Positions 8,605 through 18,254 of a stretch of DNA of 64,000 nt are shown piece by piece. A program made the position numbers and the translations under genes. This stretch comes from Elusimicrobiota bacterium (GTDB taxonomy: Bacteria; Elusimicrobiota; Elusimicrobia; UBA1565; UBA9628), in contig DATLUA010000040.1 of assembly GCA_035533295.1 (NCBI GenBank), positions 559-64,558 on the forward strand, in the 5' to 3' direction. The stretch's first letter is position 1; each line of letters starts with the position of its first letter. The notes under the pieces were generated by a model. The model made no database searches. It was not told the DNA's origin and was given only the letters and a program-made list of their open reading frames with translations.

Positions 8605-11174
8605 GGCAGCGAAAGTTCCTCCGTCGTCGTCTGGCTGGGCGTGACGGAAATTCCTGAATAACTTTTCTGGCTTACGGAAACTCCGGGACCGCTTACCGTG
8701 GGGATGTAGACCGCGATGTTGTAGGTGTAGCCGCCGCGAACAGGCAGGCTATAGGTCCCGTCCGACAGGCTGGAGGCCGAATAAATGGGCGTCTGCGCCG
8801 GGGAAGACGAAGCGGAAATCGAGGGCAGCGTGGGAGGAATCGCCACAGTGCTGGCTAAGATAAGAGCTCCCGACGTGACGACCGAGCCGTTATACGTCAC
8901 GCTTCCGGCGATGGTTCCCATCGCGCCCGAAACCGTGAAGGTGCCGATGAACACAGTTTTTCCCTGCGCCGCGGCGGCCGTGATGCTGGTCGGGCTCGAG
9001 CTTTGTCCGGAATCCAGCGTCGGCTCGACCGTATAAGTCCCCGTCGGCAGCGTGATATAGAAGAGACCGGAGGCGCCGGTCGTGCCCGTGCCTCCCTGAT
9101 TTCCCCCGACGTTGGCCGTGACGACCAAGTCCAGAAGCGGCGTGGTTCCCGTCGTAGCGTAGCCCTCCAGGACGCCGCCGGCACTCAACGAAAAGTCCTG
9201 GATTACAAATTCCCCGGCATCGACATAAAGGACATTGACGCCTTGGATGTACCCAGGATTAAAGTTAGGCGAGCTGGCCGGGTTGGCGACCACCGTCACG
9301 GCGCCGGTCGACACGGAGAAAAAATAATCGCCGTTGGCGCCCGTGATCTGCGAAGCCCCGGGCGCTTCAACAGCGATGTCGGACAAAGGATTGCCAAGCG
9401 CGTCAGTGACCTGCCCGGCCACGAAGCCTTCGGCGGAGGTGGAACTCAATATCGCGCTTTCGACGCCGGCCGCGGGCCAAGCCGGGGAAGTCACCGCGCT
9501 TGGGGCTCCCGCGCTTACCCCTTGCGCGACCGCGACCAGGGATATCTGCTGCGTGAAAATCCCGCTAGCGACGACCACCGTCCACGTCCCGGTGCTCACC
9601 CCGGAAAGAGCAAACGGAGCGTAGAGAAGATTGCCGCCGCCCAAATAAGCGGCCGAAGCCTGCACCGAGCTCGAGTTGGGGTCGCTCGCCGCCACGTAGG
9701 CGCCGACCGCGGGAACGCCGGTGATGATCGTAGCCGTGGAGGCCGAGGTTTCCGGCAAAACGGGGATGCCCGAAAAGCTCAACGAGGGATAGAGGAAATC
9801 GTTGGGATTGTCGTTGGAGTCGTAGGCGCGGCCATATTCCTGGACGTCGGCAAGAGAAACGACCGCCTCCGGACTGGACAGGCGCACGATCTCGTCCCCG
9901 ACGGGAAAGCCGCCGCCTTGCTGGATACAGTCGGTTTCGCAGTAGCCGCTGGAGTGGGGGTTATGGCTGCCGTCGGTCCATCCCACCTCGTCCACCGGGT
10001 TCCCGGCCGAATCGGCCAGGATGACGGCGCCGCTGTGCCCGCTCTGCATGACGTTCATCGAAGACGGCGGGGTCCAGCCGGACGGAGTCGCCCCGCAGGC
10101 CGAGAGGATGTTTTGGCTCGGATCGTAGTAGGCATCCGCCACGTAGTTGACGCCTCCCACGGTAAACGTCGTGGTGTTGGCGATGACGTAGTAGCCGTAA
10201 GCCGGGATGGCCGCGGTGGATTCCACTAGGCCGATATCGGCGCAGTCGATGCTGTCGTAGAGGCTGAAAAACCCGAGCTTGAAAGCGGCCATGGGCTGCG
10301 GATATTGCGTCGGATTAAAAAGCTCGACATACTGCAGATCAAAGCCGTCGGCCTGGGGGCTGGAAACGACGACTTGGCTGATGACCACATTCGAACTGAT
10401 CCAGGCGTTGCCGGCCACCGTTCCTGATGAAATAGGAGAGAGCGAAATCGTCGGGACCGTCGTGCCGTAGTTTTCCGGCGGCGCGTAAACGGCGGGCGCC
10501 GTGGCTATCGTATACCCCACGGAAGACGCCTCCACCGTGTAGGAGCCGTGGTAAAGGCTGAACGAATAATGCCCCGTGGAATCTGTTTGTCCCGTCAAAG
10601 CCGGGTTCTCTTCGAGCCGCACGATGGCGTCGGCGAGGCCCGCGCTCGTGACAGAGTCATCGACGTATCCGGAAAGGCTCGAATCCAGGGGGTTCACGTT
10701 GGGATTCTCGTCCAAGTTGCTCAGCGAGAAATGGCGGATGACGCTGCCGGCGTCCTGCCAGACGACGTCGATTACGATTTCCTTCATTCCCGTGTCCGGA
10801 TAGGTGTTGGGAAGCGCCGACACATTGTTGTTGGTGACCTGCGCCATGGTGACGTAAGTGTAGCGCGTGAAGTTCATGCCTCCGATGGAAATCTGCTCCG
10901 GAGGATAGTTCGATGTGTCGTAAGTCATGCCGGCCGGATCCGTCGAAGCCGAGGTTGTAATGAGAAGCTCGTAATAGCTCAAGTTCTTGAGAGATTCGAT
11001 CTTTTCCTGCGCCAAGTTCGTCGCCAGAGTCTGTCCTCTGGAAATATGAAGGGAGCGGCTGATTGCGGAAAAGGCCCCGATGAATCCCAAGGACCCAATG
11101 CCAAGAATCGCCACGGCCACCATGAGCTCGGTCAATGTCACGCCGCGCTCGTTGACGGACCGGTTTAGGAACAT
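8601..11174 (-). CDS. Large PilV-like minor pilin / tip adhesin with carboxypeptidase-regulatory-like beta-sandwich repeats
   Basis: ERG|VTLTELMVAVAILGIGSLG prepilin N terminus. GHYSFSLYHGSYTVEA and GDYFFSVSTGAVTVVA segments are typical of CarbopepD_reg-like domains. 857 aa. Confidence 0.55.
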   Translation of the reverse strand: MFLNRSVNERGVTLTELMVAVAILGIGSLGFIGAFSAISRSLHISRGQTLATNLAQEKIESLKNLSYYELLITTSASTDPAGMTYDTSNYPPEQISIGGMNFTRYTYVTMAQVTNNNVSALPNTYPDTGMKEIVIDVVWQDAGSVIRHFSLSNLDENPNVNPLDSSLSGYVDDSVTSAGLADAIVRLEENPALTGQTDSTGHYSFSLYHGSYTVEASSVGYTIATAPAVYAPPENYGTTVPTISLSPISSGTVAGNAWISSNVVISQVVVSSPQADGFDLQYVELFNPTQYPQPMAAFKLGFFSLYDSIDCADIGLVESTAAIPAYGYYVIANTTTFTVGGVNYVADAYYDPSQNILSACGATPSGWTPPSSMNVMQSGHSGAVILADSAGNPVDEVGWTDGSHNPHSSGYCETDCIQQGGGFPVGDEIVRLSSPEAVVSLADVQEYGRAYDSNDNPNDFLYPSLSFSGIPVLPETSASTATIITGVPAVGAYVAASDPNSSSVQASAAYLGGGNLLYAPFALSGVSTGTWTVVVASGIFTQQISLVAVAQGVSAGAPSAVTSPAWPAAGVESAILSSTSAEGFVAGQVTDALGNPLSDIAVEAPGASQITGANGDYFFSVSTGAVTVVANPASSPNFNPGYIQGVNVLYVDAGEFVIQDFSLSAGGVLEGYATTGTTPLLDLVVTANVGGNQGGTGTTGASGLFYITLPTGTYTVEPTLDSGQSSSPTSITAAAAQGKTVFIGTFTVSGAMGTIAGSVTYNGSVVTSGALILASTVAIPPTLPSISASSSPAQTPIYSASSLSDGTYSLPVRGGYTYNIAVYIPTVSGPGVSVSQKSYSGISVTPSQTTTEELSLP

Positions 11175-11231
11175 GATAAGAGTTTACGCCTAAAACCGCG
11201 CCATTTCAACGCGGGAATGGGGCGACTTTTG

Positions 11232-12308
11232 TCACGCGCGGACCGAGAGAAACTGCTCGGTCTTGGCTCTATCGTAGGCCACGGTCTTGGCGTTGAAATC
11301 GAAAGCGGCCATCACGTGGCTCTTGAGCCCGCCCTCCGCCGTCTTGTGCAGGCGCAGCTGGTAGGTCATGGAGTAAATCTCCCCGCGCACGCTTTCGACC
11401 TCGAGCCAAAGGGCGCGGTCGCCCCACGGCTTCATCGTTTCCGCCATGTCCGCGGCGTAGCGACGGTACTGAACGTCGTCCATGCGCGAGGTCACGGCCA
11501 TGTTGAAAAGCAGGATGCCGGCCTCGTCCTCCGCGGGAATGTTCTTGGCCGCAAAGCGCGGCGCCAGGGCGGGCGCGCACTCCACCATCTGGATGAAGGA
11601 ATCGTCGCCGCTCTGCCGCTGGCGCAGCTTATCGATGGCTTGGTCCAAGGCGCGGATGAGCGGCATCTGATCGGGCAGAAGGGCCGCGGTCAGCCAGCGG
11701 CGATGCGCGATGTCCTCGACGAGGAGCGGTTCGGCGTCAAGCCCCACGCGGGCCAGGACGCGATTGGACGCAAACCCCTTGGGCGGGGCGAAGAGGTCCG
11801 CGGCCAGGTTCAAGCCCGCGCCGGCGTTGACCTCCACCAGGTAATAGGGCAGGCGGCGAGTCTGGAAATACAGCATGGCGGGGCCCAGCCAGAGCCGCGC
11901 GCGCGCCTGGACGAAGCTGCGCCGCTCTCCGGTTCTGAGGCGATCGTAGAAGGAGGCCGGCGCGGCGGACAAGAATCGGCTCAGCGCCAAGCCGGGATCG
12001 GCCTCGTCGGTGCCGCCGCAGGACGGAAAATAGGGAATGAGCGGGCTCTTCGCGTCGCTCAAGACCTCGAAATGCACCGCCGCCAGGAACAGGGACCACG
12101 CCTCGGTCCAGGCCACGAAGCGCCGGCCCTGCCACGCCGCGGCGGTCTCCTTCCACCAGGACGGGTCTCCGGCGCGCAGCTCTTCCGAAAGCCGCCGGAT
12201 CATGGCGGAGCTGACTGGGAGCCCCGGCAGCGCCATGGGCGCCCGCTCCAGCTGCTCCAAGAATTCCTGCTTGGTCATCGCAAGGCCCTTTCCATCCGCC
12301 GCCGTCAC
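11232..12308 (-). CDS. DUF2332-like hypothetical protein
   Basis: LFLAAVHFEVLSDAKSPLIPYFPSCGG resembles the conserved DUF2332 core. No other recognisable motifs. Confidence 0.35.
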   Translation of the reverse strand: MTAADGKGLAMTKQEFLEQLERAPMALPGLPVSSAMIRRLSEELRAGDPSWWKETAAAWQGRRFVAWTEAWSLFLAAVHFEVLSDAKSPLIPYFPSCGGTDEADPGLALSRFLSAAPASFYDRLRTGERRSFVQARARLWLGPAMLYFQTRRLPYYLVEVNAGAGLNLAADLFAPPKGFASNRVLARVGLDAEPLLVEDIAHRRWLTAALLPDQMPLIRALDQAIDKLRQRQSGDDSFIQMVECAPALAPRFAAKNIPAEDEAGILLFNMAVTSRMDDVQYRRYAADMAETMKPWGDRALWLEVESVRGEIYSMTYQLRLHKTAEGGLKSHVMAAFDFNAKTVAYDRAKTEQFLSVRA

Positions 12309-13417
12309 GCCTTGGCGATCGGCAGGGAAAACCGGAACGTCGCGCCCTTGCCCGGCCCCGGACTTTCCACCGTTATGGCGCCGCGGTGGGCCTCCACGAT
12401 TTCCTTGGAAATCGCCAGGCCCAGGCCAAGGCGCCCGCCGTTGCCCGAGCCCTGGTAGAAGCTCTCAAAGATGCGGCTGAGCTCCGCCGGGGCGATGCCC
12501 TCGCCCGTGTCCGTGACCGCGAACGAAATCGCGCCTTTATCCCGGGCCACGCGCACGGTGATTTTGCCGCCGCGGGTGGTGTGGCGGATAGCGTTCTCAA
12601 GGAGATTGGTCAAAACCTGGGCCAGGCGCCTTTTGTCTGCCGAGACGGACGGAAGGCCCTCCTCGGCCTCGAGCGAAAACTCGATGCTCCGAGCCTGGGC
12701 GCGGGCCTGCGGTCCGGCGGAAACCTCCGCGGCCATGGCCGCGACGTCCACGGGCTCGAACTCCAGCCGGAACTTGCCCTGCTCGATGGCGGCCCAGTCC
12801 ACCAAATCCGAGGCCAGGTGGGCGACCTGGTCGATGCTTCCCGAAATGGCGCCGATGCGCTTGGCCTGATCCGCATTGGGCTTCAAGCTTTCCGAAAGCA
12901 GATCGAAATTGGTCCGCAGGCTCATGAGCGCGTTGGCCAAGTCGTGGGAGGACATGGACATGAACTTCGACTTCATGTGGTTCAAATGGCTCAGCTCCTC
13001 GTTGGCTTTCTTCAAGTCGACGATGAGCCGGGCGTTTTCCTGGATGAGCCCCAGGCGCTCGAAGGCCCGGATGATGGAGTGCTTGAGCTTGTCGAACTCG
13101 ACGGGCTTGGGGAAAAAATCGGTGACCGACTCGCGGATGGCCTCCGTCGCGGTGTCGAGAGACGCCTGGGCCGTAAGCATCAAAATCTGGCTCTCCCTGT
13201 TGAGCAGGCGGATTTCGCGGATGGCCTCGATGCCGGTCATGTCGGTCAGGTTGTAGTCCATCAGGATGACGCCGAAGAACTCCCGGCGCACGGCCTCGAT
13301 GGCCGCGCCCCCGCTGGGCGCTTGGCTGACCGCGAAGCCGGCGACGTCCAAATTGTCGCAGAGGCTCTCCCGCATGTTGTCGTCATCGTCAACGATGAGA
13401 ATTTTTCCTCCGCTCAT
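12305..13417 (-). CDS. Hybrid response-regulator receiver + histidine kinase (REC-HisKA-HATPase_c)
   Basis: The N-terminal receiver has ILIVDDDD, D in ILMDYNL, T in MLTAQ and K in PKPV. The H-box is SHDLANAL. The ATPase has the NLLENAIRHT N-box, a DTGEGI G1 box and GLGLGLAISK. Confidence 0.8.
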   Translation of the reverse strand: MSGGKILIVDDDDNMRESLCDNLDVAGFAVSQAPSGGAAIEAVRREFFGVILMDYNLTDMTGIEAIREIRLLNRESQILMLTAQASLDTATEAIRESVTDFFPKPVEFDKLKHSIIRAFERLGLIQENARLIVDLKKANEELSHLNHMKSKFMSMSSHDLANALMSLRTNFDLLSESLKPNADQAKRIGAISGSIDQVAHLASDLVDWAAIEQGKFRLEFEPVDVAAMAAEVSAGPQARAQARSIEFSLEAEEGLPSVSADKRRLAQVLTNLLENAIRHTTRGGKITVRVARDKGAISFAVTDTGEGIAPAELSRIFESFYQGSGNGGRLGLGLAISKEIVEAHRGAITVESPGPGKGATFRFSLPIAKA

Positions 13418-15300
13418 GCCTTGGCGCTCCTGACCGCCGCGGCCACGGGAAGATAAAGCCGGAACACGGTGCCGCGCCCGGCCTCGCTCTCGACCTCCAC
13501 GCGCCCCCGATGCCGGTCCATCACCTTGCGCACGACGGCCAGGCCCAATCCCGTGCCGCGGGCCTTGGTCGTGAAAAACGGCGTGAAAATCTTGTCCAGA
13601 ACGTCGCGCGGCATCCCGGGGCCGCTGTCGGCGAGCTCCAGCAAGACCGCGTCCCTCGCGGACATGGCCGTGCGCACGCGGATGGCGCCGCTGGCGGGCA
13701 TCACCTCGATGGCGTTGCCGATGATGTTGCGGATGGCCTGCTGCATCTCGGTCGTGTCGATGTCGACGGAAGGATTTTCCGCGCAGAAAACCTTGTCGAT
13801 GCGAATGTGCGGCGGAAAAGGATAAACGGACAAGACGTCCTCAATCCAGGTGTTGATGGCCACGCGCTCGGGCTTGAGATCCCGCGAGCGCGAGTAGGTC
13901 AGGATTTCGTTGATGATGCCGTTGGCCTGCTGGATCTCGGATTCGATGATTTTAATATGCTTGGAGAGCTTGGGGTCTCCCTGCAGAACCTGGGCCAGCT
14001 TGGTCTTCAGGAAATAAACCGAGTTGTTGATGACCGCCAAAGGGTTTCTGATTTCGTGCCCAACCACCGAGGCCATCTGCCCCACCGCGGCCAGGCGCTC
14101 CTTCTTGATGAGCTCGTCCTGCGCGGCCTTCAACTCCCGCGTGCGCGCCTCGACGCGGGTCTCCAGGATTTTCGCGGACTTTTCCAGCTCCTGCTTGGCG
14201 TTGACCAGTTCGCCGGTTTTTTCCCGAAGCGACTCGCTCATGGTGGAGAACGTCTGCGCCAAGTCGCCTATTTCGTCGTTGGTCATGAGAATCTGCGGCA
14301 GATCCTCGAACTCGCCGCGGGAGAGCTTCTCCGCGGCCTCGCGCAGGAGCCGCAAAGGGTGCGTGATGTTGCTGGCCAGCGCCAGGGCCAGCAGGACCAC
14401 GATCAAGACCACCCAGATGATGACTTTGAAAACCTGGGTTCTCATCTGCAGGGCGCTCTGGTAGGCGAGGTCCAGCGGCTCCTGGATGTAGACGATCCAG
14501 CCCAGATCCTTGACGTAGGCGTATGCGCCTAAAAGCTTCGTGCCGTCCGAGAGATGGATTTCGCCGCCGCCGGCGCCGTTGGACTGGGTGGAGACGATGC
14601 GCAGCACGTCGTCGGAGAGCCGCGCGTCGGGCTTGTAGACTTCCCTCGGATCGGAGTCGGCGATTAAAAATCCGTCCGGCGCCGCCACGGCCGCGCGCCG
14701 CCGGCCGGCGGACGGAAACTCCATCGCCAGCATGGAGGAAAGCCCGTTTAGGCTGATGGTGCCCGACAAGACGCCGACCGGGGACTGGCCCTGCGTCGGC
14801 ATGATGGCCACGGCCACGCGCACGTCGGGATAGAGGCCCTGGAAGCGCTCCAGGCTCCCAATGTACTCCCCGCGGGACATGGCGGTGAGGAAGAAATCCT
14901 TCTGGCTCAAGTCCCTCTTCTGGGCCTCTCCGCCGGCGTAGCGGCTCAGGCGCAGGGTTTCCTGGCCCTGGGCGCTGGCGACCGAGAGCTCCAGGACCGC
15001 GGGATGGACGGCCAAAATTTTCTGCAAATACTGCCGCTGCTGGGCGGGATTCATGGACGAAAAGTCGCCCAGCGCCGCGGTCTCGGACAAGACTCCTTCG
15101 AAAGTGGAAACGTACTTGGACGCGGTATCGGCGAAGCCCACGGCCATCGAGACCTGCATGGCCAGGGTCTGCTTCTGGAGAGAGGCCTGCGAAATCTTGA
15201 TTAGGTTATAGCAGACGAACCCCAGGGGGACCAGGGACGTGACCAAAAATCCGATGAGGATTTTATAGGCCAGCTTGCCGCGGCGCGCTCTATAAGCCAT
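13414..15300 (-). CDS. Sensor histidine kinase with periplasmic Cache-like domain, HAMP, HisKA and HATPase_c
   Basis: Two TM helices flank a ~250-aa periplasmic domain. A HAMP-like segment follows. The H-box is VGHEIRNPLAVI, with DSGPGMP and GTGLGLAVV G-boxes. 4-nt overlap with the downstream gene. Confidence 0.8.
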   Translation of the reverse strand: MAYRARRGKLAYKILIGFLVTSLVPLGFVCYNLIKISQASLQKQTLAMQVSMAVGFADTASKYVSTFEGVLSETAALGDFSSMNPAQQRQYLQKILAVHPAVLELSVASAQGQETLRLSRYAGGEAQKRDLSQKDFFLTAMSRGEYIGSLERFQGLYPDVRVAVAIMPTQGQSPVGVLSGTISLNGLSSMLAMEFPSAGRRRAAVAAPDGFLIADSDPREVYKPDARLSDDVLRIVSTQSNGAGGGEIHLSDGTKLLGAYAYVKDLGWIVYIQEPLDLAYQSALQMRTQVFKVIIWVVLIVVLLALALASNITHPLRLLREAAEKLSRGEFEDLPQILMTNDEIGDLAQTFSTMSESLREKTGELVNAKQELEKSAKILETRVEARTRELKAAQDELIKKERLAAVGQMASVVGHEIRNPLAVINNSVYFLKTKLAQVLQGDPKLSKHIKIIESEIQQANGIINEILTYSRSRDLKPERVAINTWIEDVLSVYPFPPHIRIDKVFCAENPSVDIDTTEMQQAIRNIIGNAIEVMPASGAIRVRTAMSARDAVLLELADSGPGMPRDVLDKIFTPFFTTKARGTGLGLAVVRKVMDRHRGRVEVESEAGRGTVFRLYLPVAAAVRSAKA

Positions 15301-15334
15301 TGTTCCTCGGACATTGCGACGTCAAACCAAAAAT

Positions 15335-15731
15335 CTAAGCGCGGGACCTTGAAAGCAGCTGCCGGATGCGGATGGAGAGCTCGGCCAAATCGAAGGGTTT
15401 GGTGAGGTACTCGTCGGCCCCCAAATCAAAGCCCTGGCGCTTCTCCTCGGAGGAGAGAAAGCGCCCGGTCATCATGATGAGGACCGTGCCCTTGGGCGCG
15501 CTCTTGCGCAGTTCCTGGCAAATCTGGAACCCGGAGGAATCGGGCAGCTGGATGTCCATGATGACCACCTGCGGGTTGAGTTTCTTGGCGGCGTCCAAGC
15601 CGGACTCGGCCGTGCCGGCTTGGTGGCAATCGAAGCCCTCCAATTCCAGCACCTCGGCGAGGCTTTCCCGCAGGTGCGCGTCGTCGTCGATAATCAAAAG
15701 CTTGGCTGATTCTGCGGCCATGTCACCTCCT
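15335..15731 (-). CDS. Single-domain response regulator (CheY-like receiver)
   Basis: I place the start at ATG 15731 (MAAESAKLLIIDDD) behind a GGAGGTGA Shine-Dalgarno sequence. D in VIMDIQLPD, T in MMTG and K in TKPF are all present. The ORF track's longer form, 15335..15835, adds an implausible N-terminal extension. Confidence 0.75.
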
Positions 15732-16532
15732 GGAGTCCCCGCCCGGCGGGACGAGCTTGTAGCCCACGCACGGGATGGTCGTGATGAACTTCGCGGCACC
15801 GCCCAGCTTCTCCCGCAAGCGCCGGACGTGGACATCCACGGTGCGCGGCGAGCCGAAGTAGTTGTAGCCCCACACGCGCTCGATGAGATAGGGGCGGCTT
15901 AAAACGCGGTTGGCCGAGCTTAGGAAAACGTAAAGAAGGTCGAGTTCCTTCGAAGTCAGGGGGACTTTTTTTCCGGAAACGTGCAACGTATAGCTGGTGA
16001 GATTGAGCTCGATGGGGCCCATCTTGATGAGCTCCTCCGAGGTGGTGTCCTGGGTCCGGCGCAAGACGGATTTGATGCGGGCCACGCATTCGGCGATGTC
16101 CCAGCCCAAGGACAGGCACTCGTCGGCGCCGGCCTGGAAGAAAGCCAGCTTCACGGACGTCTTGTCGGCCGCCGCCGCGGAGCCGGAATTGGCGAAAACG
16201 GGGCGCTTCAAGGGAGCCGGATGGCTGTGCCCAAGAGAAACCTTCACCGGCGCGGGAGCCGCTGCCGGGGCCTCCGCGTGCTCCACGAGGGCCACGATGG
16301 GAATCTGCCGGTTGGGGCCGCGCGCGCGCAGGTTCTTCACGAAGGCCAGGCCGTCCTCGTCCGCCAGCCGCTGGCCGATGAGCAGGAGGTCGCAGCTCGC
16401 GTGCGAGAGTATTCCCTGAACTTCCTTGGCCCGCTGCAAAGTGGTGACCGCCATCCCGTTGGCTGAGAGCGCTTCCAGCAACGCCACCCCGCGGCCGGGT
16501 TCCCGCGAAGCGTAAACGACGTTGACTCTCAT
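15723..16532 (-). CDS. OmpR-family winged-helix regulator with degenerate (non-phosphorylatable) receiver
   Basis: The C-terminal Trans_reg_C region reads LTSKELDLLYVFL...RVWGYNYFGSPRTVDVHVRRLREKL. The receiver lacks the acidic pair and the phospho-acceptor Asp (DLLLIGQRL) and carries a ~40-aa Ala/Pro-rich insertion. Confidence 0.65.
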   Translation of the reverse strand: MRVNVVYASREPGRGVALLEALSANGMAVTTLQRAKEVQGILSHASCDLLLIGQRLADEDGLAFVKNLRARGPNRQIPIVALVEHAEAPAAAPAPVKVSLGHSHPAPLKRPVFANSGSAAAADKTSVKLAFFQAGADECLSLGWDIAECVARIKSVLRRTQDTTSEELIKMGPIELNLTSYTLHVSGKKVPLTSKELDLLYVFLSSANRVLSRPYLIERVWGYNYFGSPRTVDVHVRRLREKLGGAAKFITTIPCVGYKLVPPGGDSRR

Positions 16533-16535
16533 GAA

Positions 16536-16982
16536 CTAGGCTTCGGTTCCCTCCTCGGTGTCCGCGGCCTCTCCCAGCTCCAACGTCAAGCCGGAGAGCC
16601 CGACGGCTCCCGAGAAAAAATTATAGAGAACGCAGACGACCAGAACCAGGGCGTCCATCAAGATCATGTAGAAGGCGGCGAAAAGGACGGCGGACAAAAG
16701 CCGCAGCGGCAGCCCCATGTCGGCGGCTCCGGAGTTGGGAATGATGACGAAGGTCAGAAGCCCGCCCAAAAGCCCCAAGGTCCCCAGCAGGGCGGAAAAA
16801 ACCGGCCGGATGGCGGCGACGAGCGCGGCGCCCGCGATAATGCCGCCGACGATCATGATGACCGACTGTTCCTTGAGGAATCCTACGGCGCCGCAAATCA
16901 CGCCGATGGCCACGGCCGTGGGGATCATGGGATGGATGATCCAATACGGATTCAAGCGTTTGACCTGGTAGTTCATAAGCAC
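16536..16982 (-). CDS. Small polytopic membrane protein, unknown function
   Basis: Four predicted TM helices and an acidic C tail. No recognisable motifs. Confidence 0.4.
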   Translation of the reverse strand: MLMNYQVKRLNPYWIIHPMIPTAVAIGVICGAVGFLKEQSVIMIVGGIIAGAALVAAIRPVFSALLGTLGLLGGLLTFVIIPNSGAADMGLPLRLLSAVLFAAFYMILMDALVLVVCVLYNFFSGAVGLSGLTLELGEAADTEEGTEA

Positions 16983-17114
16983 GCTCCTTGGCCGCTGCAG
17001 TTTCCCGCGGCTACCGTGGAAAGATTAACAGAACTAAGAGCAAAACGCAAGCAGGGCCCAGGCAGCGGCCCTTCGGGTTCGGCACGGATGCGGCTGGGGA
17101 AATTCTGATGGCAT

Positions 17115-18239
17115 CTAGACGCGCATGCCGATGCGCTTGGGATCCAGGATGATGAGGGTGCGCCGGGTTTCCCCCTCGTTTTGAAGGTGGATGGCCTTGA
17201 CGTGGCAGCTTTCGCCCCTGAAAACCGTGTCGCCTTCCACGATGCGGTTGGGCTGCTCCAGGGCGGCGCCCACCATCCGGAGCACCTCCTGCTGCTGGGT
17301 GTCGATGACGTCGAGCAAGTGCAGGCGGCCCGGCCCCGCCGGGGAAACGCTCGGAATGGGGAAGTTGGTGAAGAGCACCGCGTTGTCCTCGTCCACCACG
17401 ATGGCCCGGCTGTCCTTGGAAACGACGGCGGTCAAGATGGCCTGCCACCAGTGGTTTTCCGCCTCGGCGCGCTGCTTGTCGCGAACGGAGCTTTGCGCCA
17501 GTTCGGCCTTGACCCTGGACAAAAACAGCCCCAAGGCCGCGGCCACCTCTCCTATTTCGTCCGGCCGCTGGGAGAACTTGACCTCCAGCGTCCTGAAGGA
17601 AATCGATTCCACGCCGTCGCGCAAATCCCTAAGCGGTGAAATGATGAAATGATGGAGAAAAAAATAGAGGCAAAATCCCAAAACGACCATGACCACCAGG
17701 GCCACGGCGGCGTATTTGCGCATGTCCTCGGAAATCACGGCGAAGGCGCCTTTCTGGTCGACCTGCATGTCCAGCACGCCCAGGACTTCCCCGTTGGCGG
17801 ACAGGGGAATGGCGATGTCGAGCAGCGTTGAATCCGGAACCGGGATTTGCACCGGCTCCTTGGCGACGAGTGCCTCCTGGATGGCGTTGGTCGGCAGGGA
17901 TACCTGCTTGTTGAAATCCCCCCACGTCATGGCGATCTTGGTCGGATCCTTATACCAGCGGACCTCGCCGTATTTATTGAGGTAGAGAAGGTCCGCAATC
18001 CGCTCGTCGTGCGCCATCTTAGTGATGATGTCGAGCTCGCTAAACGATATGGCCTCCTCGTTGCGCGCGAGACCTTTGGTCAGGGTGGGCGCGTAGAGGC
18101 GTGCCATGTCCACCGTGTCCTGGACGAGCTTTTGCTTGAAAATCTGCTGGAAAAGCCCGTAGGCCACGAAGCCGCCCAGAATCGCGGCATAGAGGCTGAT
18201 GCCGGAGAACCACAGAACCCACTTGGAGGTCAGGCGCAT
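17115..18239 (-). CDS. Membrane sensor with periplasmic domain, HAMP and PAS-like domain but no output domain
   Basis: TM1 is followed by a ~150-aa periplasmic region and TM2. A HAMP-like segment (LRDLRDGVESI...) and a ~110-aa PAS-like C terminus follow. No kinase or GGDEF domain. Confidence 0.5.
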   Translation of the reverse strand: MRLTSKWVLWFSGISLYAAILGGFVAYGLFQQIFKQKLVQDTVDMARLYAPTLTKGLARNEEAISFSELDIITKMAHDERIADLLYLNKYGEVRWYKDPTKIAMTWGDFNKQVSLPTNAIQEALVAKEPVQIPVPDSTLLDIAIPLSANGEVLGVLDMQVDQKGAFAVISEDMRKYAAVALVVMVVLGFCLYFFLHHFIISPLRDLRDGVESISFRTLEVKFSQRPDEIGEVAAALGLFLSRVKAELAQSSVRDKQRAEAENHWWQAILTAVVSKDSRAIVVDEDNAVLFTNFPIPSVSPAGPGRLHLLDVIDTQQQEVLRMVGAALEQPNRIVEGDTVFRGESCHVKAIHLQNEGETRRTLIILDPKRIGMRV

Positions 18240-18254
18240 GGCGTCAGCCCGCGG

